A stretch of 64,000 nt of DNA, from contig CM119378.1 of NCBI GenBank assembly GCA_051294905.1, positions 20,460,001-20,524,000 of the forward strand, in the 5' to 3' direction. The position numbers and the translations under genes were made by a program. The DNA comes from Botryllus schlosseri. Lineage: Eukaryota. Position 1 is the stretch's first letter; each line of letters starts with the position of its first letter. Shown piece by piece: positions 9,566 through 22,320 of the stretch. The notes under the pieces are model-generated. The model saw only the letters and a list, made by a program, of their open reading frames with translations, was not told the origin of the DNA and did no database searches.

Positions 9566-12251
9566 CTGAAAAAAGAAGACAGTTTTAGTTCATAAATTCA
9601 GTGTGTTTTAAAGAAAAGTAAGTTTTTATTCGTTTCTATCATAAAATAAAACGAATAGAACGTTTCGTTGATCGGAACCCTTTTTGGCAGATAACGCCGC
9701 AAAATTTGAACGTCTGCCAACAGGTGAGGAGCAAGCATTCGGGTTCAATTCAGTTTAAAACACAAGATTGCGTTGAAATGAAAAGATGAGTACGAGTTTA
9801 TACGACTTGGAGATATCTTACAAGAAAAAAAAAACTTTGGCATGAAACATGTAAATAAGAGGTCGTAAACTGAATTTAAAAACACTGATTCGAAGATTCT
9901 GGCGGAAATTGAATAGGAGTAAGATTTAAGATTTAGACACGGAATTTTTGATGATTTTGAATTTTCCATTTCCGGAACTGGACATAATAAATAAAAATAG
10001 GGTTTGGTTTTCGAATCAGAACACGATTTGGATTTGACAAATTCACATCGCAGCAAATCACTGAAGCCTGTGACTAGCTTGAGCACCCCATGGTCTACCA
10101 CATTCTCCACAGCGGTAGTACCTTACAGTAATTTAAGAAGTTGCTTCGAAGGCCACGAAAATACCGCAAACATCCGGGATAACCACGAAAATTTGTCAGA
10201 ACAATCACGTGGACAAAAACACAATGATGATTTCCAGGCTATTCAGCACGCTCTTACAGTGTGTGTACCGCGACATAGCACCGACGAATCGGAATGAACG
10301 ATCGCGTTACCTGTACTGTCCGATTCTCAACCGTTACACGGTTCCCAACGATTCTCTAATAAATTCGAACCGGCCAACAAGGTGAACCGAAGACGAAACC
10401 CTTAACGCTTAAAAACTATCGAAATTGTTCAGGAATTCGCAGGCAGGCCACAGTTACAGTAAATCGATCTTGTCAATAAATAGACCCACAAAAGCGTCGC
10501 GGTTTTCATTTACAAATTCCCGTCACACCGACGCATGCTTTGCGCTTCATGCGCAGGACCTGCGTATTTTATTCGCCTCAGATTGACGGGCCTATTGCGA
10601 GTCAAAAGCCGTGAAATTATCCGAAAACGCGTGGGAGATACACTGCTCTGTCAGAGTGACAAGTCTGTAATTACTTTGGGTTTATAATATCATGCACAGT
10701 ACAATTAGGCATCGGTGGTTGTGAATATACGCACCAATAAGTGATGTCACTATCATCAAAACAATATTAAATTTCCTAATATTTGTTACTGTTAAAGACT
10801 GGAACCATGATTAAAGTGCATAGCATACACTCGACACTATTATGACCAATCAAGTGATAGTCATAACAAAATAGATAACTTTAAGATATTCTGGTTACCA
10901 GCCCAGAATTACTTGTTTCTGATACTCAAGTGGTCTCGAATAGTAGATCTTTAGATCTCTACTCGCACCGATCAGGAGGTTTTGTTCTTCAAGACATTGA
11001 CACTTCTACCCCAAAATAGTTGCTATTTGTTCCAACTTTTGTAGTATGGTATTATTGAATGAATGTGGAATATTTTATAAGTGAAATCGTGTTAACCATT
11101 GGGTAATATTAATCAGTAGATGAACCATTGGTCTTTATCGTTAGTACAATCGTCTTCACGTATGCAATGCATACAGCGTGTCGTCAGTTCTCAAATTGAC
11201 AGTCATAACTAACTACTTTTAGAAACACTTTCAGAACTATCAGACACTGATGTCAAAATTTAATTGCGAGACATAAATGTGTTAATCAACTATGCGATAT
11301 GCAAATATCCGTACGTGTTACAAATTCCACCTTGCGCACATTCAAATTACAGGTAATTCAGTACCCTAGTCGTGAGGAAACATTGCCGTAATAAAATGCT
11401 CCGCGCCACATAAATACGGTGAACCCGTATCCCATCATCGCACCCACAGCGATAGGAAAGTAGTTTCTTTTTCGGCGTGAAGTAATTAGTATTTGTCGCA
11501 GACGCTATCGAAAATTAGGATACCATGGGATAGCGAGGTACAATAATAATGATGCATCGGGATTTAAAGAATGCTACAGATGTGTAAGAAGCGATCCAAA
11601 TACCAAGGTTCTCGTTTTGGCGCCATAGCTACAGCCAAGACCGTCGCGGTCGTAACCAAATTCCAATTCGCACCTGTTCAGTGTTCACTTGGGGAAATTG
11701 CAGTATTACAGTCAATCCGAGCTTGTGTGGCCCCAACATAATCCAATGACGAATGACCGACCGACTGTTTTAGTTCGTACATTACTACGTAGTGTAATTT
11801 TATGGCCCTTATTACTTGTAAGTTTGACTAAATTTGGACCTCTTTAAGAATACACGGTAGGCATAAGTAGGGGTGTTAAGTTAGTTGACGAGTGTGTACT
11901 GCCAAGGTACGAAGGCGCTGGTAATTATTATAGTGTGAGTTTATAGCGCAATTTACATTATAGTAATTTCGTGATTATAGGGGCGTTCCAGATATGGGAT
12001 ATCGTTTACGAATTGAAATGACAGCATAAAAACTATGAAACACGTCATAATATTCAGAATTCAGAGATCATTGGGCGGGCGTAAATATTGCCCCCTGATT
12101 TATTATCTTCAACTCCCCAACTACGGTAATCAGCTTGATATACTGGATATCGCTCGCGTCAGTTCTTGTGAGATTGTGACTTAACGTTAACGTGAGCCGC
12201 CTTGAAGACATCACAGGAATCTGCTTAAACAGCCAGGCCTACCACCTATAT

Positions 12252-12908
12252 CAGGAGTGGGCAAACTTTTGAGCTCGCGGGCCGCATTCGACATCTGGAT
12301 CCATTCCCGGACCGCACTATATAAAATTGAGATTATAAACCTAAACGCAGCATTATTGGTATTTGATTATATAGCGAGGACAAAGAGATACTATATATGC
12401 TTATTTAAAACAAACCAAACATTGCTTTGATGATATCGTTCACGCGTCAGAAACAGTGGCGACATTTCATAAGGCTGGTCGACCGCAATAACCAATTTGT
12501 CAAAACTATAGAGAAAAAAGTCGGTTGTCCAGATTCTGAAAACATGATTGAAATTTAAATCTGTGATCAGCAATCTGTTCATAGATTTACTACTTCCACT
12601 TTTGGTTCAGTTCCAGGACACACAGATAAAATATCCATATAAAATATAAATATCCTAATTCTACGCATACAGAGAACGAATCTATCTAAGACACGTGCGA
12701 ACCGTTTTTTTTTATAAGCACATCACTGCAATAATTAAAACTGGAGTGGCCAATCTGAAACCACACCCGTGATCCGAATTATGTCAATCTCGTTTAGGAT
12801 TTCTGTCATGTTTAGCAGTTGAAACCTTTCAAACTGCGTGGGCCTTGAGATCGGGCTGTCGCGCCAGAAATAAGACATAAAAAATAATACATGAAGTATT
12901 TACCTGCG
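12252..12908. mobile_element. Degenerate hAT (Charlie/Buster/SPIN-like) derivative, copy 2
   Basis: Starts CAGGAGTGGGCAAAC and is colinear with 3687-4345. ORF 12391-12582 (-) MNRLLITDLNFNHVFRIWTTDFFLYSFDKLV resembles the transposase C-terminal motif RSRLTDxNLxxxLRIxTT...FDKLV. Confidence 0.65.
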
Positions 12909-13512
12909 GACAGTGGTTCTCAAACTTTCTAAGACACCCCAATCAGAGGGACCTTGTACTAGCTTTTCAGTTTGTCAACCATATTCCGGGCAGACAGTGG
13001 ACTGATCTTAAAGCCCATCGCTGAAATATGGCGTGGGTATCGACCATGCGCGTATAAAGTTATGACTCATTTTCTTATCACCAGAGATATAGCGCCACTG
13101 AAGATACCGCAACGGTAAATCCAAACAAATAACTTACAACCAACAACAACCGCCACTGTCATTATCTACCGAATTTGATACTGGTGCGATACAGGTGAAC
13201 TTAATTGAGAAGAATGGGGACCCGTCGCGTATGAGTCAGGAATGAAATCTGCCTGCACAAACAGTCCCGGTCTATAATTCTTCAGAACCGAAATTACAAT
13301 GGCAACACGGGCCAACTTTAACGAGCCACGAGAATCGATGTGACATTTGTTTCAAAGCGAATCGATGGAATGCAGATGCAGGTGCTACACGGCTTTAGGT
13401 TCTAGTATCGCACGACGCTGCCAATGTATTCAGTTGGGAACTCGTAAAAATCGTGTTTAAAAACAGAGATTAGCAAGGTCGAACATCGTGTACAAGTACA
13501 TAGACCACCGAT

Positions 13513-14047
13513 TAGGGTTGCATTTGTAGCAAATGGTTCTTTAAAACACTTTGTTTAAAACATGTTTTAAACAGTGTTTTAAACAAAGGACTTTAAAGAA
13601 ATGTTTTTTCAAGTTGTATAATTATGCCTAATTGTGTAAAAGCTTTCAAAAAAAACATGTTGTATGAGCCTGCGGATGACGATTACCACCCTATATAACC
13701 GACGTATACGATATTGGATGATTGGAACCCACGAAGTAGTCGGTTCAACAGCTATAGTACGTAGATATAGATCATTGGTACCATGACGATGAACGCCGAC
13801 CGTAAAATGCTGCAATACGATGTAGTCCTGGTGAAAGATATATTTGGTCCGTATCTGACAGGAGTTGGAAGCCTATTTACCCTATATTTACAATTGTGAA
13901 AATCAATCCACTATGACGTCACAATTTAATATGAGTGACGTCATGGCTTAAACAAACGAAAAAAAACAGTAAAAAACATATTTTAAACAAGGGCCTTGTT
14001 TTAAACATGTATGTTTTAAATTGATTTTTGTTTTAGACACAACCTTA
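13513..14047. mobile_element. hAT-type MITE (TAGGGTTGCATT family), copy 2
   Basis: Colinear over ~530 bp with 8623-9185 in the same orientation; right TIR decayed (cacaacctta). Confidence 0.8.
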
Positions 14048-15489
14048 CCCAGGATTATATAGCGAGCAGAAAAGTCGTGTGTGATTTAACACGATAATCG
14101 CGGATTTGTGCAAGGAAAATACGTCGAAGCGCCGATGAAAGATACCGCCGTTCCGAAGAACAGAGATTTTTTGAGTATTGAAATTATTTTTTCGATGCTA
14201 TTTTCCACTGTAAACCTCGATTAGCCGTTTCGACTCCCGCCGCATACGAAACCTATATGGTACAAAGCTATATAGGCATATCTATATATCTATATAAAGA
14301 TTTTACTGACCATACCTATTTCACTGTAGTGTGTAACAACGCTGTGGGTTGATCAGAACAGAACGTCAAAATTGGCAGATATATTCACCAGTGACTTCTG
14401 ACGCAACGCGACCAGAACGCATCGCTAACGCACGCCACGTTCGCAAATCTATTATCGTTACAAAAGTTCGACACCCGAGTCATTTAGTAGCGAAAGATGA
14501 GCGGTTAGGTCGACTAAGTAAATCTCCTTAAGAGTCGCCCCCATGAAATATTCATTCGCGACGCTATTGAATTTCGCACAAAGTTTAACCGCGCCGCGCA
14601 GGTAAGTTTCGGTGATTCACCACCTACAAAAAAGGTGACGATACTAACACGCCATTGGAAGCAGAAACCCAGTACTATCCCAGGTAAATTGGTGTACTGT
14701 CGGAAGAGGCTGCCACCATTCATCAATCATAAGTTGTATGCCGGTACTAATTATTCTGAACGAGCCAAATTAACGGTTATATTTATGCAGCTGGTGTTTC
14801 ACATTGCCGGTGATGCCTCTTTTGAAATTGCTCACGATTTACGCACCAAGACTTGGTGGGCTTTACGGCTCTAAAAGGATGAAATCTAGTTGAAAACTAC
14901 AGGTTACGACCGACGCAATTAAGTCACCCGAAAAGGCTTTATTGTCAGTGGCTAATAATGAAGTCGTGTCCCGAGAACTGCAGATACAATCACACAGCAG
15001 AGGTCGTGGGTGCTTGCATATTTCATAATATACACCGTACTGAAATATCGATTAGACAAGACAGGCAGATATGCGCGCCGGGATAAATAAGAACCCGCTG
15101 GGGAAACTTATACGCTATCTAAGCCCCGACGCCAATAATGTTGGGGTATGGTATAGTAATTTCTTGTTTGTATTCGGGTCTGTTCATTGATCAGGTTATG
15201 ACTGCTGGAACATGTTTCGATAGTTATAGGTACGCTATTTGCGTCAATACAGCATTTCATAACGTATGGTAATAGCTAATAGCAGAATAAATCAGTGTTC
15301 CCCACAGCTTCGAGAAGATGTTTTGATCCCCATCCATACCATGTTCCGACCATATTCCGCGTAAATAATGATCGTAACAGGTGGACTGATCGTGATCAAT
15401 GATCATGCATAAACTGTAGCACTATACACGGATGGCCCGGTGAGCATTTTGGCTACGACATAACGCATAGGCACCAATACAAATGGTCA

Positions 15490-15542
15490 AATGGTCGATT
15501 CCGATTCCGATTCAAATACTCGAATCATTTTGCTCAGCCCTA
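15490..15542. mobile_element. hAT-like terminal fragment (reverse complement TAGGGCTGAGCAAAATGATTCGAGTATTTGAATCG)
   Basis: TAGGGCTG terminus with subterminal GATTCG repeats, typical of hAT MITE ends. Confidence 0.45.
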
Positions 15543-15581
15543 GTTGCAAACAACACATTGCAGTAATGAAAATTTACTCAC

Positions 15582-15651
15582 CAGGTTCAGCCATGACCGG
15601 AATCACAACGAGTACAAAAATGTAATAGTTTAGCATCGTCAACAGTGGCAT
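15582..15651 (-). CDS. tutl: Putative alternative signal-peptide coding segment (for an Ig1-less isoform)
   Basis: ATG at 15651 with in-frame upstream stop. MPLLTMLNYYIFVLVVIPVMAEP has a hydrophobic core and small-residue cleavage region, and ends at a consensus donor CTG|gtgagt in phase 1, which matches the Ig2 acceptor at 9565. A possible acceptor (cacttacag|) lies at 15765/15764. Confidence 0.55.
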
Positions 15652-17546
15652 TGCAGTATCCAGCTTGAATATTTACAAATATGTATCACAACGCAACGGC
15701 CTTGCCTGGTCTTTACCGCATTGCGTTCTGTGACAACAGCTAACTAATATTCGAAAATCTATTGCTGTAAGTGTGAAGCAGAACCTTCAACGGAACAGAA
15801 CATCCACGTTAGCGCGTGTTGAAATTGCTGTCGTCCTGAGGTAATTAAACATTATTACTACTACCAGCATAATCAGGATTAGGTTTATTATGTAATAGAG
15901 CTACTCAGATACAGCGAATATGATTTGCAGAACCGGTTTACTATACCTTCCTACGAGATAATTTTAATATGAGGATGGCGGCAACAGTATGCTAACGAAA
16001 GACATGTAGATGATGTAGTACATTATGAAAAAACAAAATCAAATTGACACATTAATTAACTCTCTACGCTACACTCAGATTAGTCGTAATACCAGATTAT
16101 CAGCGCATCAGCCTATTTCAACTATCAATAAAAAGATATTTTGGTTGAAGGCAAATGATATGTTTTTTCGAAGCGCTGAAAGGATTATACTGAAAACTAA
16201 AGTTACCTCAAGACTCTTAGTGGAATACCATTTCTAATGCCATCTACTCTATTGTAGGAGTAAGTTGACTCCTGATTGCTACAGCTTTTAAAAAGAAGTT
16301 GTCGAAAAGCTCAATAATTCCGGAGAAGCTGTCCATCGAAATGCCTCATTGCACAGCGATATTTTTCTGCATCGCGTGGTGGGATATGATTTTCATTCCG
16401 CATGAAATAAAAGTAACTTTATTGCCATATGCCTCATATACCTGTATAGGTACGGCTATCTACGGTCAAATGGTATATATATAATCTGAAACTAATGTTA
16501 CACACCTCACCCTGCCATTTCTAGATATTAGTACACTACCAAACCGCACCGCAACCAGCACTATATGAAGATGAATTCGCCTAAACCGAGAGTTGTGAGT
16601 CCATCCCGACCAGATGGCACGCAAAAACTATTTGCAAAAAATTAAGAACATCTGCCGTGTAAGATATCCCCAAATTGATGAATCAAATCCGTCGAAGTCT
16701 AGAAAATCATTCCCGCGCGTATAACCCACGGTTTTAATAACTCAATCCAAGTGTTTCCCTAAGTCAAAATATCTAAAATACGCGTCTGATCGATAAATCC
16801 AATCGGGAAGGGGAGGACTCCTGTGGGATACAGGATTAACAAGTGTATACTACCGCTGAACACAATAGCATCTATAAGTAAATATTGAGTTAGCTCACAA
16901 AATCGAAATTTTCGAAATTCATACGCGGCACCAAATCGATTACAGAGGATATATCAAAAATTAATATTAAATTCAACTTAACACTCGAGCTTCCAAGATT
17001 AAGCCGGGACTATAGTCGAAGTTTGAGTTATGGTATTTTAATGAGACCGTATTGGGACTTGACGAAAAATCTCGAACTAGCTTGCATTTCGTTGCGAAAT
17101 TTCACCAGAATTGGCGGAACATTTAATTTGATATGTTTTAATTCGAGTCCCGGATTCTGGTATTAGAATTGCAGAGCTGCAATGCACAGAACTTCAATAT
17201 ACAATTGAATAGTATATTCATATTGAAATGAACCCGAATATTTTCAGCTGACACTCGTCAGGGGTAGTCGTCAGCAACTATAGTAGAGAATTGGAAGAAA
17301 CATTGTATATGAACAATCGTATCCCCAAATACGACGTCACCGGCATGACATTTCGAATAATCGGTGCGAAAAGATCGCTAAGCTCAATGTACTGTTTTTA
17401 GATGATACACGAGCTTCTTTCTTAGGCACAAACTAGGTTGGCTCATTAGAATTAACGAAAAAGACCAGCCCTAGACCTGCTTCATAAAATACTAATTGCT
17501 TCAAGTGCGTTTCGTGATTTCAGCAGGGCCCAGCCGGTTATAAATT

Positions 17547-17708
17547 GCAAGTCCAACAACAGTCACGATACCTACATAAGCTCGCAAGTCCAACAACAGT
17601 CACGATACCTACATAAGCTCGCTTGCCTTGCGTAACTTAGACCAAACTGAAACGTCTTAAATTTTTCTGCGTAACTTAGACCAAACTGAAACGTCTTAAA
17701 TTTTTCTG
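17547..17708. repeat. Two adjacent perfect tandem duplications (37 bp x2 and 39 bp x2)
   Basis: gcaagtccaacaacagtcacgatacctacataagctc at 17547 and 17584; tgcgtaacttagaccaaactgaaacgtcttaaatttttc at 17629 and 17668. Confidence 0.95.
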
Positions 17709-17799
17709 AGTGTAGAAAGACAATGTCGCGCGCCCGGGCGCACGCCGTCTACGAAACTAGTTTCAAATGCCATCGAACACATTGGGGTGGGACAATGGA

Positions 17800-18150
17800 C
17801 AACTGTAAAATTTTCAGCTTTTCAAAAATAAATTAGAATAAGAATTATGACTATACAGCCTTTTTCCAAATTAGAATAGTATTAGAATTACAGCTATACA
17901 GTTTTTTCCAAATTAGATTAGAATTAGAATAATAGCTACACAGTTCTTTTCAACTTAGATTATAATTAGAATTACGGAATTCGCGAAAACTATGAGATTG
18001 AATCAAGCTCAGTTCGTAACAAACCGGAATTCATTCTCATAATGCAAGAGATTGGAAATGTATGCACAGCAAACAGCAAGCTTGGTTCGTTTCGCACTAT
18101 AGAGTTCTCCTGTAGCATTTTGATTAGAATTAGAATTAGACCGGCATTTC
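17800..18150 (-). repeat. Dispersed repeat with TTCTAA-rich end (family also at 23685-24100 and 51055-51430)
   Basis: Reverse complement shares 'gaaatgccgg...aatgcta(c/t)aggagaact.t.tagtg.gaaa' with 23728-23880; similar segment at 51055-51300. Confidence 0.6.
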
Positions 18151-21100
18151 GTTTTGTCCCGTTGTAATATAATGTAACCGCAAGATTATGTACAACGCCC
18201 CCTGGAAACCGGTTCTTTCTCCGTACGCGCGAGTTAACATGACATTATTACCACTTGGTATTTAAACATTTCTTGTGATTTCCGACTGTGGATGAGATAC
18301 TTATTGAAATTCAGGTTGCGACGTAGAACTTGTAACTTATAACATTTATGTGCCACTTTTAACGCATTCTGTATACCGTATTTGAAGAGTAAGGTAAGGT
18401 ATCTAAAAATGGACTTAACGATCGAACTTCCTGATATATTACCATTACTATACAACGTGTCCATCCGCTTATTACGGTATTGCTTGCCGCTACAGTAAAG
18501 GCGAGTACCTAGTAGAAACGGCAATAAACCTCACTCATGACCTCGTCCATACTAATTAGCAACGACGGCACGCGAGCAAACGTATACCAACAGCGAATTA
18601 TGCAAACATTTTCGAGATTGGGTCACTTACTACATCAAGCTTCCTCGTAGTATTTCAGGTCAGTAGTTTTCTATTCAATTCAAATCTGAAACATCGATTC
18701 CAGTCGAGCGTAAGAAAATATCCCATCTGACAACGTAATAGGCTACTCAATGTCGTACTCGGAGGAATCAATAATGATCCACTGCAGAACTTATGAAATT
18801 CAAACTTGAAAATGGTGCGAAGTGCGAGAAAATTCGCATGAAACTGTCATCCACAGACTAAATATCCTCAACCACTGCTGGCTTGGTAATCACTCTGCCT
18901 GGGCCCTAGACTACCCAGTCAATATAGGAGAGGTTGATTCGGAACAGACAAATATAAACACCATACCGTACCTCATCACATGAAGCCTTGAGTAGGCCTC
19001 AGCCATACCTGCGAAACAGCGTCATTAGACACAACAAGTCCCCCAGCTGAACTCCCTACCACATTGATACGTTGACTTGCAACCATGCCTCATTCGGCAA
19101 CTATTTAGTATTTACTATACACATCATGTGAAGCAAGCCACGCTCATTGTAAACCTCACTGCAAAAATCTGACGCTATCGACACTAACTGCGTAATGTTT
19201 ATCGCTTCTTGCAACATTCAGGCGTTGTGCTCGCAAGAACCTTGTGCTACTATGCATGTTAAACAAGCAAAGCCTGGCCTTCAGACAGAGAACGCTCAAG
19301 CTTCTAGTAAAGAACAGAGTACAGACGTAGTATTTAGTTTCGTCGTGAAACCAGTATAGTGTAGCATGATCAACTATTGATATGCGTAGGCTACTTGATT
19401 GCAACAGTATAAACTCTGACACCTTGGCTTTCATTTCAGCGCTCAATATTTGGGATTCCGAAGCTCACTCACAGAAATACGGTATTTATTTACATCTTAA
19501 ACCTGTCAACAAAACTAATGCTGTTCTGACAAAACGCAGATTGTGACGTAGTAGTCGTACCTATTTCATGACCTCGATTGACGTTGACAGTTGAAACGCT
19601 AGGTTTTGGGGCTAGCGTTTGGCACATACATTCGGCTTTGAGCGATTTCTGAGCACTGCAAACCTTGCAAAAGGCGCAAAATGTAACAAGCACACGCTAA
19701 TACAAAATAACATTTTCCACGCGCACCCACGCAAGCGCGCAATCAGTTTAATCCACTTATCGCGAGACAAAATTGCCAATAGGGTCGGATCTGGAATTAA
19801 TTTACACACGTGCTTGAGTATTCGATTGTTTCTGCCAAAGACAACAGATTAGGGATTGGTCAGGTCAGATAATAGGAAAAACTAATAAACTTCTTAAGAC
19901 GTTAATTCAATATCGTAACAACCCCGCAAAATTTCGCGTGAACGCTGTAAGCTGTAAGACTGTGGCTGTATGCTCCTGTACATTGTGCAGTGGACACTGT
20001 ACGTACAGTGTACGACGTACGTACACTGTGTCACTCTCGTATATTAACTAGTAACTACTGATCATCAAGGCTCAAATCTTCAGTAAATTCAACGGAACTG
20101 AGTTGGTAAGGTTGCTCGGAATCTTACAAGTCCTGTTTAACTGAATGCAGTAACACAGATCGATCTGGGCCTGTTTTGCTATACTATTATTAAAAACGAA
20201 TTAGCCTACCCCTGTTAAGTTCTGATTGGCATTAAACATTCACACGCTCAGCCTGAAACGACCAGCCATAAAAGGTGATCACACAGAACCCACAGGGCGA
20301 CATCCTAACTCACTGCAGGGGTTCATGATCCATTTCCGTTCGTAATTTCATCCGTTTCAGCTGACGCTGTCAGGTGTACAGCACGGGTCGCGATTACCAT
20401 CGCCAATTCTTCGTGGAAATGATACCCGGAGATTCACACGGTCAAAGGAGTAAGCCGGCAATTATAACGGGAATAGCGGAGTTTTATATGATGGGGCGTG
20501 CCGGCCGTCATCATTAAGTCCGACATCAAAGGGAGATAAAGTGGGTATCGCCCAGGGATGAGAATATTTATATATACAATATACTTCGGATGTATGCAAT
20601 GACAGCGGCGCACGGCATTTAGACCGCGACTTGAATTAATTTAACACTGTATCTATCTATAGATGACAGTTTGTTAGTTTGTGGTACTTCATCAAATTCG
20701 AAACCTGAACTGCGCATCTTACTAGACCGGTTGTTGGGATGGAATATTGTCGATCTAATGAATACATGTAGTGAGTAGTGTAATACATATTACCAGACAT
20801 TGACTGAGGCTTTTCCAGATATACTGTCTTAGCTGAATTGGCGATAGCGGCAGATCAAAACGCCAAAATATCCATATCACAAGACGCGTCACTCGCGTAT
20901 ACGCCGCCATACACCACATTGGGAAACATAAAAAAAGCATACATAAATCCATCTCATCAAGTCTGCACTGTCATATTTTCCTTACAGTGTACTGTACAAG
21001 TTTTAACAGGTAAAATTGTTACGCCTTATCGAGACTCCGTCACACAAATAAAGATATGCAACGCTTTAAGCACGGTTCGCCATGCTTTGCTCACTAAATT

Positions 21101-22164
21101 CTCCTTCTCACATAGTATCTATACGGCTGAAACAATCGTTGCTCTGGTCATAGTTGGTTACTAGTAAGAAGTGGTAGTGCAGCACACGAAAAATCACCAA
21201 AAAAGACACCTGACATAGCATTGTGTACAGTATACCTTCTCATTAACAACTTTATTGTTTGGCTAATTAGGATTTATAGTGAGCAATAAGTTACTCTGAT
21301 GGCAGCTTAGTACATTGTAAAGCATTTTAAAAGTGCTGGTACGTCGATAATAAGCCAGTGTGTGTCCAGTACGCTGAACTGATGAAAGATCACACCTGAT
21401 GACTTGACGCGTGATTATTACATATTCCATAGTTATAAAGCAATACCCTCATTTTATATAACAAGCAGGTTTGTGGCACGAACAAAACTTGCTCCTGTGC
21501 ATGCTAAACGCTATTATTTACATACTAGATTTAACAATGCTTTCTATCTTTGAAACTTGCAGAAACATAATGATCGAATCCCACGAATCTGCGACCTGCT
21601 GCCTCAAAGACGCTATCTCCATTTAATTAAATTGAAGTCTTCCAGGCACACGTCAACGGAACAAGGACGAAGACAAGCGACATTGTCGTCACGCCCGCGC
21701 AGGATAATGAAACTATCCGAGATCCTTTGATCGACCTATCAACCCTTTCTTTTGGTGGACATGGCCGGGGTTTCTGAAATATTAATATCTATACACGATT
21801 ATTAACATTCATTTCGAGAATACGTATTACTGCGAGAAACGCGTTCGTGGGAAAGAAAGCCGTGCTATCCCGGTATATTCCGAGTTGATAATCCCCTGAG
21901 ATTTGGCTTCGGATTATTTGTAATTAGAGATTTTGGGCCGGTTTTTACAGTTCAAAAGCAGGGGTGGTCAGTAAACTAGACTTACTGCTTTTTGGGGTTA
22001 CTCAAGCGTTTTCAGACTGCTCCCGGTCCCACGTGTCAGTTTTTGACGCAAAACTACTTATATTTCACACTGCGACTTTTGTAAAGTCGATAGAATACAG
22101 TTCGGGGCGGATTTCTACTCAAAACAAGTACAAGCAGTGGGGTAGCAGTCACGTGGCGGTTCTG

Positions 22165-22320
22165 GCTCTTCGCCAGGGCGGCAGGCTGCAAGGGGGCGGC
22201 AAAATGAGGCTGTCCAGCGCACACAGCACGGAGATAATAATTCTGGAGTCGACCTCGGTCGGATTCGAACCCGCAACCCATTGGTGTTGCCGCTTTGGAT
22301 TATACCACTACGCTATCTTG
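22165..22320 (-). mobile_element. tRNA-derived SINE (Pol III A and B boxes)
   Basis: Minus strand: A box TAGCGTAGTGG (22305-22315) and B box GGTTCGAATCC (22261-22271), followed by 'gactccagaat' also seen in the copy at 30170. No complete cloverleaf. Confidence 0.7.

Noticed and set aside
14540-20449. Plus-strand donor CAG|GTAAGT (14601) and an exon-like segment 20361-20449 suggesting an antisense transcript
   Set aside because: Isolated splice-like motifs without a linking ORF or promoter evidence; expected occasionally by chance.
22258-22320. tRNA-like sequence with A and B boxes
   Set aside because: No complete cloverleaf or acceptor stem, and the downstream body is shared with the 30170 copy, so it is a SINE head rather than a tRNA gene.
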